Under the pieces are notes generated by a model. The model ran no database searches. It was not told the origin of the DNA and was given only the letters and a program-made list of their open reading frames with translations. The position numbers and the translations under genes were made by a program. Below, piece after piece: positions 28,470-38,099 of a DNA stretch of 64,000 nucleotides. The DNA is from Planctomycetota bacterium. Its GTDB lineage: Bacteria > Planctomycetota > UBA1135 > UBA2386. How positions within the stretch are numbered: position 1 is the stretch's first letter; each line of letters begins with the position of its first letter. The stretch covers positions 4,832,001 to 4,896,000 of the forward strand of contig OZ245006.1 in the NCBI GenBank assembly GCA_965223545.1, in the 5' to 3' direction.

Positions 28470-28881
28470 TCACCGCAACGTAGCACAGCACGGCGACGGG
28501 CAGGAGTCGCTGTGCGAGCCGAAACCGGCAGTGCAGCAGCAGCGCGGCACAGACCGCGGCAGTCACTCCGAGCTTGACCGCGGCGAACGCCCACAGCCCG
28601 CCCCACTGAAGAGTCCACGCCAGGAGGGGATTGGCCTCCGGTGTGCCGCGCTGCAGGTGCGCGACCGTCCACGCCCAATCGACGACCGAGAGCAGGCCCA
28701 GCCCGCCGATCAGCAGCCACGCCCACGACGGAAACCGATCGGCGTAGCACTCGTGCCGCTCGCCGGCGCGCCGGCCGCCGCGACGCCGGCCGACCAAGGT
28801 GTAGCGCGACAGCATCGGCGTGGGGCGCCGCCGTCGGTCGGCGAGGCGCCGGTCGGGGGAAGGAGGGGTGGTGTGGGTCAC
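28426..28881 (-). CDS. DUF5658-like membrane protein
   Basis: DRR repeats, LS..D...T...L..G..EANP.L, F..VK; three TM helices. Confidence 0.75.
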   Translation of the reverse strand: MTHTTPPSPDRRLADRRRRPTPMLSRYTLVGRRRGGRRAGERHECYADRFPSWAWLLIGGLGLLSVVDWAWTVAHLQRGTPEANPLLAWTLQWGGLWAFAAVKLGVTAAVCAALLLHCRFRLAQRLLPVAVLCYVAVIGIHIGTEMATRGA

Positions 28882-28990
28882 GGGTCAAGAAGCTTGGTCG
28901 AAACCGGCGGCGCGTGCCAAACGCGGAGTCTCACTTCGAGACGGGGCGCGGCTGCAGGCCCGATGTCACTGGGTCGCCGGCTCCATCCGT

Positions 28991-29587
28991 TCAGCGCGGC
29001 CACGGCCGCAACCAAACTCGGATGCCGCTTTTTCCCGGAGCGGCTTGGAAGGTCCGACCCATCCGCCGCCGCGCTGAGCGCAGACGCCAGTGTTGTCCTC
29101 GAGCCTCCGGGAGCTGCGTTGTCGAAGTTCCAGCGACAACGAGCCTTCCGAAAGGTTGTCGCCGCGCGAAGATTTGCGGACCCTGAGGCTCAGCGCGGCC
29201 ACGACCGCAACCAAATTCGGATGCCGCTCTCGCCGGAACGGTTTGGAAGGCCGGACCCATCCGCCGCCGCGCTGAGCCAGGAGGCACTGTCTCTCCGAGC
29301 CTCCGGCGCCGCGGCGACGTTGCCATGGCAGCGGCGTCGCCTCGAGAATGTTGTCGCCGCTCGACGATTCGTGGCGCCGGAGGCTCAGCGCGGCCGAGGC
29401 CGCAACCAAACACGGAGCATTCCGCGTCCCGAGCGTCGGTCGCGGGTCCCGCGGTCGCCGGCGGCCGCGCTGAGCCCAGAGGCCAGTGTTGTCTTCGAGC
29501 CTCCGGGAGTTGCGGTATCGAAGTCCCGGCGACGACGGGCCTTCCGAAAGGTTGTTGCCGCTCGAACGTTCTCGGACCCTGAGGCTC
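28991..29587. repeat. Tandem array of three ~198-bp units, each made of two palindromic modules (A and B)
   Basis: TCAG anchors at 28991, 29190, 29385, 29586 (periods 199/195/201). A modules are bounded by (GC)TCAGCGCGGC...GCCGCGCTGAGC; B modules by GAGCCTCCGG...CC(G/CT)GAGGCTC. Confidence 0.9.
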
Positions 29588-30761
29588 AGAACAGCCCTAC
29601 GCAGCTCGCGTTCGAGAGGAGCCCCTGCCCCGTCGAGGCATCGATCACCAGTGCCTGCACGCTCAGGATCTCTTCGCGGGGAAAGAGCGTCGAGCTGATC
29701 GGCACGTCGATCTGCACGGGTTGGCCAGCCGACACCGGCCCCGCGAACAGCACGGCGTGGTTCGCCTCGATCCAGAGCGGGCCCAGCTGGGTCCAGCGCA
29801 GCGGTCCGGGAACGCTGGTCACGACGATGGCGTTGCCGGTGGCGTGCGGCCACAGGGTGTTGTTCATCGTGTTGCCGAGAGAGGCGCCGTTGCTGACCAG
29901 TGCTGGAAACGCCAGTGGAATTTGCACCGCATACTGCACGATGCCGATGGGCACGGTCGGGTTTCTCACCAGAATGGTGTTTCCAGTGGCGACGATGGCC
30001 GGTTCGAACAGCGTAGGCACGCACGGCCGCAACAAGCCACACGACAGTCCTGCCCGAATGCTGCGTGCCCCGCTACCGGTGACGAGGACGATGCTCGCGT
30101 CGAGCATCATGGCCGATTCTTCAGTGCCGAGTGTGCCATTGTGTCCGAACACGTCGGTCTCGCTGATCGCGATGAAGCTGTTGCGAGCCTTGAAGCCGAT
30201 CGTGTTCGAGAAGCCGTTGGCGATCGCCTGCAGGGAGCAGTTGGTGATGTGGACTTCGCTCCCGTCGATGTCGATGGGCCAGATGTCCGTGATCGCGCTC
30301 GAGTTGAGGCTCACCCATTTGCTGTTTCGGATGCTCACCACCGGCCCGTTGATAAAGAACAGTGTCGGCCCGCGCAGGTGACTCAGGCGATCGATCACGA
30401 CCTGGCCGTCGCAGTCGGCGACGGCGAGAACTTTCATCGCCAAGGGTGTTGCTCCTGTGCCCAGGCCGACGATCGAGAATCGTTCGGTGGCCGGAAGTCC
30501 AACGATGCGGACTGTCTGACCGGAACCAAGCCGAACACCCGGTTCGCATTGCACGTTGATGCCGGCGCTCGTGGTCGCGCCGCTGTAGGTGCCGGTGCGA
30601 ACCAGGATCTTGTCGCCGCTGGTCGCCGCCGCGAACGCGGGCGGGAGGTCGGTGAAGGCGGCGCCCGGCCCGCCGGCGGCATCCACGATCCAGGTGGTTT
30701 GCGCGCTCAGCGGCGCGGAGAGCGCCACGGTGATGGCCGTGGGGACCAGAAACCACTGCAT
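29586..30761 (-). CDS. Secreted beta-helix-type protein with shared C-terminal domain
   Basis: AAGGAG RBS; signal peptide; WIVDAAGGPGAAFTDLP.A..AA..GD.I.VR.GTY; C-terminal VQALVID....LLSN. Confidence 0.85.
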   Translation of the reverse strand: MQWFLVPTAITVALSAPLSAQTTWIVDAAGGPGAAFTDLPPAFAAATSGDKILVRTGTYSGATTSAGINVQCEPGVRLGSGQTVRIVGLPATERFSIVGLGTGATPLAMKVLAVADCDGQVVIDRLSHLRGPTLFFINGPVVSIRNSKWVSLNSSAITDIWPIDIDGSEVHITNCSLQAIANGFSNTIGFKARNSFIAISETDVFGHNGTLGTEESAMMLDASIVLVTGSGARSIRAGLSCGLLRPCVPTLFEPAIVATGNTILVRNPTVPIGIVQYAVQIPLAFPALVSNGASLGNTMNNTLWPHATGNAIVVTSVPGPLRWTQLGPLWIEANHAVLFAGPVSAGQPVQIDVPISSTLFPREEILSVQALVIDASTGQGLLSNASCVGLF

Positions 30762-30935
30762 ACCAAGTTTCTCCTTTCCCTGATAATAACAAGACAGGGT
30801 GGTTGGGCCAGGGCCTCGGCGTGGGACGCGGTCCTCTTGCGTTGGGCGAGCTTCGCCCCGCCCGTTGATGCGCTCAAGCGAGCCGGATGTCGTGGCGCGC
30901 TGCGGGCAGCGGTGCGACCGGTTGGTTGCGACTGG

Positions 30936-31436
30936 TCATGCCCCTTTGGCTTCTTGCTGCTCACTGCTGCATGAGGGTGATCCTTCGATCCGGATTCGAT
31001 CGAGCATGGAAAGGAACGTCTCGAGTTCCCGGGCCGACAACTTGCCCGTGAAGTGCTCCCGGATGTTCGCGCTGTGCACCAACGCCGCGGCGTCGAGAGC
31101 TTTGGCTCCGCTGGCGGTAATCGCCGCCAGCTGAACGCGTCGGTCAGCTGAGGAGCCTCGTCGCTCGACGTACCCGGCCTCAACGAGGCGATCGATCAAC
31201 CGGGTCATGCCCCCCGAGCTGAGCGACGTGAGCGCGCAAAGCTCTCCCATCGTGATGGCTTTCTCTGGAGTGAGAGCGATTCGAATCAGGGCATCGAACC
31301 ACGTGTGAGACATGCCCGAACGACGCTTCAGCTCAGTCTTCAGAACCCGCTCGACGCTCCGGTATGCGCTCAGGAGCGTGCCGAACGCCATCACATCGGG
31401 GTCCTTGTCCGCTTTCGTTCGAGGGATGCCTGCCAT
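30936..31436 (-). CDS. MarR-family transcriptional regulator
   Basis: MGELC....LSSGGMTRLIDRL...GYVER....DRR......T.SG. Confidence 0.93.
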   Translation of the reverse strand: MAGIPRTKADKDPDVMAFGTLLSAYRSVERVLKTELKRRSGMSHTWFDALIRIALTPEKAITMGELCALTSLSSGGMTRLIDRLVEAGYVERRGSSADRRVQLAAITASGAKALDAAALVHSANIREHFTGKLSARELETFLSMLDRIRIEGSPSCSSEQQEAKGA

Positions 31437-31459
31437 CGCAGAATCTTATCGACGAGAGG

Positions 31460-31519
31460 TTGACAGGCATCTTCTTCGTGCGCAGAATCTCGCTGAACAT
31501 TATCTGCGAAGTGAGATAA
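31460..31519 (+). promoter_or_regulatory. Putative sigma70 promoter and MarR operator
   Basis: TTGACA (31460)-N17-CAGAAT (31483); inverted repeat TTATCT-N8-AGATAA at 31500..31519 between divergent genes. Confidence 0.6.
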
Positions 31520-31551
31520 GCGAATGAATCAGGCAAGGAGCTGATCCCAGC

Positions 31552-32436
31552 ATGACCATCACACACAGATCCCCTGGGCTGGCTGCGCTGGCCCTACTGA
31601 CCTTCGGCTGCGCCTCCGTCGAGCCCGCCGCCGTTTCCGACTCAGGAGCGGACATGACCCGAGAAGAAAGCGCCAAAAAGGTGGCTGTCGCCGAGATGGC
31701 ATCGTTGTTCAAGGACTTCGATCAAGACGCGGCGAGGACGCTCATCGCGCCGGACCTCGTTCAGCACAACCTCACCATTCCGAACGGGGGAGAAGTCCTC
31801 GTCGGCTTCATTCCTGCGCTGAAAGACAGCGGCATCACGGCCACGACGCATCGACTGATCGCCGAAGGCGATCTCGTCGTCGCGCACAACACCTACAACA
31901 ACGCCAACCTATTCGGCGGCGAGCACCTGGTGTCTTTCGACGTGTTTCGCGTCGAGGATGGCCGCGTAGTGGAGCATTGGGACAATCTGACCCCGGTGAC
32001 GCCGCGCAACCCGTCGGGCCGAACCCAGACCGACGGAGCCACTGAGATCACCGATCGCCACAAGACCGCGCAGAACAAGGCGTTGGTGGTCGACTTCGTG
32101 AAGACGATTCTGCAGGGCGGGGATATGGCGAGGATCACCGACTTCATCTCCACCGAGACCTACATTCAGCACAACAGTCACGTTGCCGACGGTCTTGATG
32201 GGCTGAAGGCGGGACTTGCTGCCATGGCTGAAGCCGGCCATCCCATGTCCTACGCAAAGAGCCACTTCGTGGTGGCCGAAGGCAACTTCGTGTTCGTTGC
32301 GTCGGAAGGGTCGTTCGGTGGTCAACACGTGGCGTTCTACGACCTGTTCCGCGTCGAGAACGACAAGATCGTTGAGCACTGGGACGTCATTCAGGAGATT
32401 CCAACCGAAGTCGCGAACGACAGCGGCAAGTTCTAG
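31552..32436 (+). CDS. Tandem SnoaL/NTF2-like lipoprotein
   Basis: AAGGAG RBS; lipobox LTFGC; two copies of QHN...(D/N)G, AEG..V, D.FRVE...IVEHWD. Confidence 0.9.
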   Translation: MTITHRSPGLAALALLTFGCASVEPAAVSDSGADMTREESAKKVAVAEMASLFKDFDQDAARTLIAPDLVQHNLTIPNGGEVLVGFIPALKDSGITATTHRLIAEGDLVVAHNTYNNANLFGGEHLVSFDVFRVEDGRVVEHWDNLTPVTPRNPSGRTQTDGATEITDRHKTAQNKALVVDFVKTILQGGDMARITDFISTETYIQHNSHVADGLDGLKAGLAAMAEAGHPMSYAKSHFVVAEGNFVFVASEGSFGGQHVAFYDLFRVENDKIVEHWDVIQEIPTEVANDSGKF

Positions 32437-32486
32437 CGGCCCCGCGCAGGAGGCACCCTCGGTACGTCCCACGCGCGTTGTGGCGT

Positions 32487-33137
32487 TCAGGCGAGGCCCA
32501 GTTTCCCTCCCAGTAGCGCGCGTCGCACTCGCAGGAGCTCGCGATGACCGGGCTCGCGCAAATCGAAGTGGATCTTGCGGTAGCGCTCGGCTGGGATCGG
32601 CAGCGTCGGCGTTGCATGTGCGAGCTCCGCCCACTGCCTCGTCGCGCAGCCGCGAAAGGCCAGGTCCGGCGCTCCGTGCGCGGCCACCCACTGCGTCTGT
32701 CGCTCCACGACCTCGGCCAGCAGCTTGGCCGCGTTCTGCAGCCGCAGGCGTGAGCCGTAGCGCGATTTGCCCCTACTCCTGAGATGCGCGGTTTGGGCGT
32801 GTCCGCGCCCGCGCGTCACGTAGCGGCGAAACGCCTTGTGGGCGATGAGCGTGTCGCCCTCCCACCAGCCGAGCGCCGCGCTGCCGGCGCGCAGCAAGAC
32901 GATCAGGTGCTGGCCGAGGACGGGCGGCAGCTGGGCGAGGTAGTCGACCGGCCGCTCGACGCCGTCGGGGATCGGCTGCACCGCGGGCACCTCGAAGCGC
33001 ACTCCGCCGTCGGCAGAGACGAACGCCCGGCGCGTCAGGTCGGCGCGCAGATCATAGCTGCGCCACAGCTCGGCCAGCAGCGTGCCGGTCTCGTGCCACG
33101 CGAAGCTGCGCGGCGCGACCGTCAGCGGTAGTACCAC
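32487..33137 (-). CDS. VLRF1 (Vms1/ANKZF1-like) release-factor-family protein; start uncertain
   Basis: LLRAGSAALG......L..HK.FRRYV.R..G.AQ......GKSR.GSRLRL.N resembles bacterial VLRF1 signatures. Confidence 0.7.
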   Translation of the reverse strand: MVLPLTVAPRSFAWHETGTLLAELWRSYDLRADLTRRAFVSADGGVRFEVPAVQPIPDGVERPVDYLAQLPPVLGQHLIVLLRAGSAALGWWEGDTLIAHKAFRRYVTRGRGHAQTAHLRSRGKSRYGSRLRLQNAAKLLAEVVERQTQWVAAHGAPDLAFRGCATRQWAELAHATPTLPIPAERYRKIHFDLREPGHRELLRVRRALLGGKLGLA

Positions 33138-34675
33138 TCCGTCGTGTCGAGGCACGTGGCGGTGGCGCCGTTGGCGCCGCCGAGGATGTGTGCTTGACCG
33201 AGGTGGTTGATGCGCACCGCGTACGCGGCGCGCGCCACCGCCATCTTGGGGCCGGGGGTGAAGGCGTTGGTGGCGGTGTCGTAGATCTCGGTGCCATCGA
33301 TCGCGATCGGCGTCGGGATGTCGCCCTGCGATCCGCCGGCGAGGAGGAAGCGGCCGCCGCCGAGGTCGATCGCGCTCGCCAGCCCGCGTGCCTGGGCCAT
33401 GTTGCCGGCGGGGCTCCAGCTGTTGGTGGCGCCGTCGTAGATCTCGGCGGTGTTGGTCGCGGTGCCGATTACCGGGGGCACGGCCAGCAGGTTGAGCACG
33501 CTGTGGCCGCCGGCGACGAGGACGCGGTCATTGCCCAGCTCGGCCACGACCGGCACGCCGCGTGGGCTGGCCATGTTGCTCGGCGAGCCGAACATCATCG
33601 AGCTCGGATCGAACACCTCGGCGCTGGTGTTGAGGGTCGGCACCGGCTGACCCAGCACGGTGAAGAAGCCGACGCCGCCGGTCACCAGCACGCGGCCGTT
33701 CGACAGCGATGCGGTGGCGTGGCCGGCGCGCGGCGTCGCCATCGCGGGGCCCGGGCTGAACGTGTTGGTCGTCGGGTCGTAGATCTCGGTCGTGGTCTGC
33801 GCCGAGGCGATCATCTGCGGCAGCATCGTGATGCTGTTGAAGGTCATGCCGCCGACGACGAGCACGCGGCCGTCGGGCATCAGGTGCGCGGTGTGCAGGA
33901 AACGCGGCAGCGCCATGTTGGGCCCGGCGGTGAACGTGTCGGCCACGGGGTCGTAGATGTCGGACGTGTTGATCGGGTTGTTGGCCTGATCGACGCCGCC
34001 GACGATCAGGTAGCGCCCATCGAGCAGCTGCGTCGCGGTGTGCACCGAGCGCGGCGCCGACATCGTCGGCCCGGGCACGAAGCTGTCGGTCACCGGGTCG
34101 TAGATCTCGGTGGTGTCGGTGGCGACCTGTGCCCACAGCGCGCCGGACGCGCCGCCGGTCAGCATGGTGCGCTGGTCGGCGCGCTCGACGAGCGCGGTCG
34201 TGCAGCGCCCGCCGAGGTTGACGAACTGCGTGTTGCGATCGACGAAGCTCGAGGCCGCGCCGAACCAAGCCGGTTGCGGTTGGCTGATCGACCCGATGAT
34301 CTGGGTGAAGCCGGCGGCGACCCCCTGCATGTAGATCGGCCGGCCGAGCAGCGCGGGGTTGTTGGGCGCGTTGAACGTCGGCGCGGTCAGCGTGCCGTTG
34401 GGGGGCAGGAAGGCGCCGACGATGACGAACGGCTGTGGCGCGAAGCCCACGGCGAGCTGCCGCGGATCCCCGGGGTTGACCGCCGACAGCGGCGTCGGCC
34501 CGGAGGTTCCGGCGAGGAAGATCCCGCCGACGTTGCCGATGCTGGCGCCGGTCAGCTCCAGGTTGAACGGCCCGGGCAGCGAGCCGGCGTCACCGGAGAG
34601 CGTCAATGGGGGTTGGCATGGGGCGGCGACGGCGAGCGACGCCAAGACGATGGAGCGAAAGAGGTGGATGCGCAT
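33122..34675 (-). CDS. Secreted Kelch/galactose-oxidase-type beta-propeller protein
   Basis: Repeated (T/A)EIYDP....F.PGP.M..PR..HTA..L.DGR.L(I/V).GG; signal peptide. Confidence 0.93.
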   Translation of the reverse strand: MRIHLFRSIVLASLAVAAPCQPPLTLSGDAGSLPGPFNLELTGASIGNVGGIFLAGTSGPTPLSAVNPGDPRQLAVGFAPQPFVIVGAFLPPNGTLTAPTFNAPNNPALLGRPIYMQGVAAGFTQIIGSISQPQPAWFGAASSFVDRNTQFVNLGGRCTTALVERADQRTMLTGGASGALWAQVATDTTEIYDPVTDSFVPGPTMSAPRSVHTATQLLDGRYLIVGGVDQANNPINTSDIYDPVADTFTAGPNMALPRFLHTAHLMPDGRVLVVGGMTFNSITMLPQMIASAQTTTEIYDPTTNTFSPGPAMATPRAGHATASLSNGRVLVTGGVGFFTVLGQPVPTLNTSAEVFDPSSMMFGSPSNMASPRGVPVVAELGNDRVLVAGGHSVLNLLAVPPVIGTATNTAEIYDGATNSWSPAGNMAQARGLASAIDLGGGRFLLAGGSQGDIPTPIAIDGTEIYDTATNAFTPGPKMAVARAAYAVRINHLGQAHILGGANGATATCLDTTEWYYR

Positions 34676-34782
34676 CGGGGTCGGGCGGGGTTCGGGAGGT
34701 GGTGGATTGTAGCGCGCGGCACCCTACGCGGGCAGGGCGCCTGGGGATGACACGAGGGTGCTGGTCGGAAGTGCTCGGCCGA

Positions 34783-35226
34783 ATGGCAACTACCGACATC
34801 GGATCGACTCTCTCCACTTGGACCAAACGGCTGACGACGACGATCGGCGCGGTCGTCAGCTTCGCGACCCTGGCGTTCGCGCTCGGGTTCTCGGCGCTGC
34901 GGGCGCAGTACGACGTCCGCGAGCTGCCACCGGTCTGCATCGACTACTGGGCGTATGCCGAGACCGGGTTGCAGGTGTGGCTCGGGCGACGGGAGGCTCG
35001 ATGCGTGGATGGAAACGTGTTCGCCCAGCGCTACCGCCCGAGCGACCAACGCAGCGCTTGGGTCACGTCGGCGCCCAACGGCGTGGCGCTCGGCCCCAGC
35101 GCTGCCTGCAAGACGACCTGGACGCCCAGCAACGCGGTCGAACTCGGGATGCGCACGCCGACCTGGAATGTCCCCGCGACCGCGGTCACTGGAGCCAGCA
35201 CCGCCGCGCTGGCGAGGTCGAAGTAG
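34783..35226 (+). CDS. Possible small membrane-anchored hypothetical protein
   Basis: MATTDIGS... with one TM helix fills the intergenic gap, but the last ~195 nt overlap the convergent gene antisense. Confidence 0.35.
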   Translation: MATTDIGSTLSTWTKRLTTTIGAVVSFATLAFALGFSALRAQYDVRELPPVCIDYWAYAETGLQVWLGRREARCVDGNVFAQRYRPSDQRSAWVTSAPNGVALGPSAACKTTWTPSNAVELGMRTPTWNVPATAVTGASTAALARSK

Positions 35227-38033
35227 AGCGAGCAACTGCCGGCGAGCGGAGCCGGCACGGGGAGCGGACGTCCCACCAGCACCGCGCCCGCGCTGGCAGG
35301 CGCGGCGCCGGCGCCGCGAATGACGGCGGCGCCGCCAAGCACCGGGTCGTCGGAAGCCAAGCGCAACATGAGCGCCGGTTGCGCCGCGCACGAACGACCA
35401 ACCGACTGGACCGTGGCGCCGGGGTCGACCGCGAACAGCTCCCGGCCGGAGATGCCGTCGTCGACCGCGAACAGCAACCGGCCGCTGCTGAGCGTCAGTC
35501 CCGAGGGCGTCGAGCTGGCCAAACCCGGGGCGATGTCCACGACCAGGCTGGTGCCAGCCGGCGTGCCGTCCGTCTGCCACAGCTCGCTGCCGGTGGCCGA
35601 GTCGAAGCCGACGAAGTAAGCGCGGCGTTGCCCCGCGGCGGTGAGCTCCGCGATCGCTGGAAAGAACAGACCGAGGTAGCCGCCGGTCGTGAAGGGGCTC
35701 GTCAGCGGCGCAGTACCCGCCGCGGTGCCGTCACTGCGCCACAGCCGCGCGCCGCTCTCTTGGCCGAACCCATTGACGATCGGCTGCTCGAACAGCAGCT
35801 CGTCGCGACCCCACGGAACGAGCTGGCGCGGATCGCCACTCGTCGACCCCGGCACGGTGTCAGCCACCAGGGTCGTGCCCGCTGCGGTGCTGTCCGTCTT
35901 GAACAGCTCGAAGCCGATCCCAGGAACGCTCGCCTGGAAGAACAGCGTGTCGCCGACCACGGTGAGGTGATCTGGATACGAGTCGCCACTTCCCGGAGAG
36001 ATGTCGGCCACGAGGCTGGCCGTCGTGCCCGACGTGCGGAGCAGCTCGATGCCGGCGTTGCCAAACGGGCCCGTGAAGAACAGCTCGCCCCGATAGGCAC
36101 GGTGTGGTGCCCACGCTGCGATTGGGTGCACTGCAATGGTGCCGCCCACGGTGCCGTCCGTGCGCCACAGCTCGGTGCGCCCGCCCTGCATCGTGCGCCG
36201 GAAGTAGGCGAGCCCACCCACGCCCTCGAGCATCAGGGAGGCGCTGCTCGCGGGGCCAGGGGTCAGGTCGGCTACCATCGCGGTGCCCGCTGTACTCCCG
36301 TCCGTGCGCCACACTTCGGTGCCGGCCGCGGCCGTGCGGCCAACAAAGTACAGCACGTCGCCGACTGCGGCCGTGTAGCGACTGACGGGCTCGACATTGC
36401 CGACACGTGAGGTCCCCGCCGTCGTACCGTCGGTTCGCCACAGCTGACGTCCCGTGCCATCGTTGGCGCTGAAGAAGGCCCACGCCCCCGCGATGCCGAG
36501 CCACCTCAGCTGGCTAGACGGCAGCCCAGCGCGCACATCGCGGACCAAGACCGTGCCCGCCTCGGTCCCGTCGGAGCGCCACAGCTCGCTGCCGACGATC
36601 CCGTCGTTGGCAACGAACAGGGTGGTGCCGAAGAAATCCAAAGCGTCGCTCGGGTTGGATGACCTTGTGAACGGCGGTCCCCAGATGTTGGTCAGCAGGC
36701 GAGTCCCCGCAGCCGTCAAATCGCTTCCGATCGGCTCGTGGCCGACACGGCCGGGGTCGGCCGCGAACAGCAAGCCACCGCTGACCGCGGTCGGCCCGAT
36801 CGGGAACGACCCGACCGGCCCGGGAACCAGGTCCACCAGCAAGCGCGTGCCGGCGATCGTCCCATCGCTCACCCAGGGCTCGCTTCCCGTCGCCGGGTCG
36901 CGCCCGGGGAAGACCAGTTGGTTGTCGATCACGGCAATCTCGTTCGCCCCGACCCGATACACCGGCATCTCCTGCAGCTCGAAGGTTCCCGCGGCCGTCC
37001 CATCGCTGGTGTACAGACCATAGCGCGACAGCCCCGACCGCGCCGCAAACACCAACCGCCCGCCGAACGCAGTGAGGTCGCTGGGACCCGAACTCGTCAC
37101 CCCGGGCCAGAGGTCGATGACCTCGATCGTCCCCGCCACCGTGCCGTCGGAGGTCCAGAGTTCCTCGCCTGTGGTCCCGCCTTCTTGCCAGCCGCGGAAG
37201 TAGGCACGACCGCCGGCCTCGGTGAGCTCGGCCGCTCTCACAAAGCCGGTACGCAGCGCAAACGTGCCCGCGATGGTGCCATCGGTGCGCCAGATCTCGT
37301 CGCGGTTATTCGGCCGCCGAGTGATCACGATCAGCTCGCCGCTCGGTAGCGCGACCGCGCTGGAGACGAACCCCATCTGCGGGATTGCGGGACCGCGGCG
37401 CGTCCCGGCGGGCGTGCCGTCCGTGGTCCAGAGGACGGTGTCCGAGCCGTTGCGCGCGAAGAACACCACGTCGCTGCCGAACTGGACGAAGCCACCGGGG
37501 AACGAGCCGCTGGGACCCGGCTCGGCGTCGACGAGCAGGACGGTGCCCGCATCCGTGCCATCCGTCACCCAGGGCTCACTGCCGGTGACACCGTCGTCGG
37601 CGGAAACGTAGATCCGAGGTCCGATCGGTTCGAGGCCGCCGGCAGCCGTCGGCGGGCCGAGTTGGCTTGTTTGGCCCGTCGCGGCGATGCTATGGTAAAG
37701 CCCGTAGCCCCCGCTCGCACCCGTCGACCGGAACACGACGTGCGGCCCGATCTGGATAAGGTCAACCGGGAACGAGCTAGCGGTTCCAGGCCTGAGATCC
37801 GCGACCAGAGACGCAGGCCCGCCGGCCACGGGAAACCTGAACACCTCCTCGCCGACGTCCGGCCGCAGACCCGCGGCGTAGATGTAGCCACCCGCCTCCA
37901 CCGCCGACCGCCGCCGATCCCAGGAGGTGGCCCCACCGAAGTCGGTCTGGTTGATGTCCTTCACCAGCTGGATCGACTGGGCGCACAGCGGGCCGGCGAG
38001 GAGCAAGAAACTGAGGACGATTGGGATCGGCAT
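35031..38033 (-). CDS. Large secreted ELWxxDGT-repeat protein (~1000 aa) with shared C-terminal domain
   Basis: MPIPIVLSFLLLAGPLCAQ signal peptide, LVKDIN, more than 10 E(L/P)W.(T/S)DGT.AGT repeats. Confidence 0.93.
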   Translation of the reverse strand: MPIPIVLSFLLLAGPLCAQSIQLVKDINQTDFGGATSWDRRRSAVEAGGYIYAAGLRPDVGEEVFRFPVAGGPASLVADLRPGTASSFPVDLIQIGPHVVFRSTGASGGYGLYHSIAATGQTSQLGPPTAAGGLEPIGPRIYVSADDGVTGSEPWVTDGTDAGTVLLVDAEPGPSGSFPGGFVQFGSDVVFFARNGSDTVLWTTDGTPAGTRRGPAIPQMGFVSSAVALPSGELIVITRRPNNRDEIWRTDGTIAGTFALRTGFVRAAELTEAGGRAYFRGWQEGGTTGEELWTSDGTVAGTIEVIDLWPGVTSSGPSDLTAFGGRLVFAARSGLSRYGLYTSDGTAAGTFELQEMPVYRVGANEIAVIDNQLVFPGRDPATGSEPWVSDGTIAGTRLLVDLVPGPVGSFPIGPTAVSGGLLFAADPGRVGHEPIGSDLTAAGTRLLTNIWGPPFTRSSNPSDALDFFGTTLFVANDGIVGSELWRSDGTEAGTVLVRDVRAGLPSSQLRWLGIAGAWAFFSANDGTGRQLWRTDGTTAGTSRVGNVEPVSRYTAAVGDVLYFVGRTAAAGTEVWRTDGSTAGTAMVADLTPGPASSASLMLEGVGGLAYFRRTMQGGRTELWRTDGTVGGTIAVHPIAAWAPHRAYRGELFFTGPFGNAGIELLRTSGTTASLVADISPGSGDSYPDHLTVVGDTLFFQASVPGIGFELFKTDSTAAGTTLVADTVPGSTSGDPRQLVPWGRDELLFEQPIVNGFGQESGARLWRSDGTAAGTAPLTSPFTTGGYLGLFFPAIAELTAAGQRRAYFVGFDSATGSELWQTDGTPAGTSLVVDIAPGLASSTPSGLTLSSGRLLFAVDDGISGRELFAVDPGATVQSVGRSCAAQPALMLRLASDDPVLGGAAVIRGAGAAPASAGAVLVGRPLPVPAPLAGSCSLYFDLASAAVLAPVTAVAGTFQVGVRIPSSTALLGVQVVLQAALGPSATPLGADVTQALRWSLGR

Positions 38034-38099
38034 GGGACGCTGGTGCGATTCTATCGCTGCGGAGCGCCGGCCGCTCGGCCCGTGGCGCCAGACCCGCGT

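Noticed and set aside
28991..29587. CRISPR array interpretation of the repeats
   Set aside because: Units are ~198 bp with homologous, not unique, interiors; no 25-45 bp identical repeats; no cas genes in the window.
28363..30381. 672-aa ORF reading through the hairpin array with apparent peptide repeats (AAALS...VVAARRF.DPEAQ)
   Set aside because: Overlaps real genes antisense at both ends; the first repeat period (199 nt) is not a multiple of 3; conservation tracks base-pairing rather than codons.
14787..38033. ELWxxDGT, SBBP, Kelch and FG-GAP nucleotide repeats as DGR template/variable repeats
   Set aside because: They are in-frame protein repeats with synonymous divergence, not adenine-specific; no reverse transcriptase in the window.
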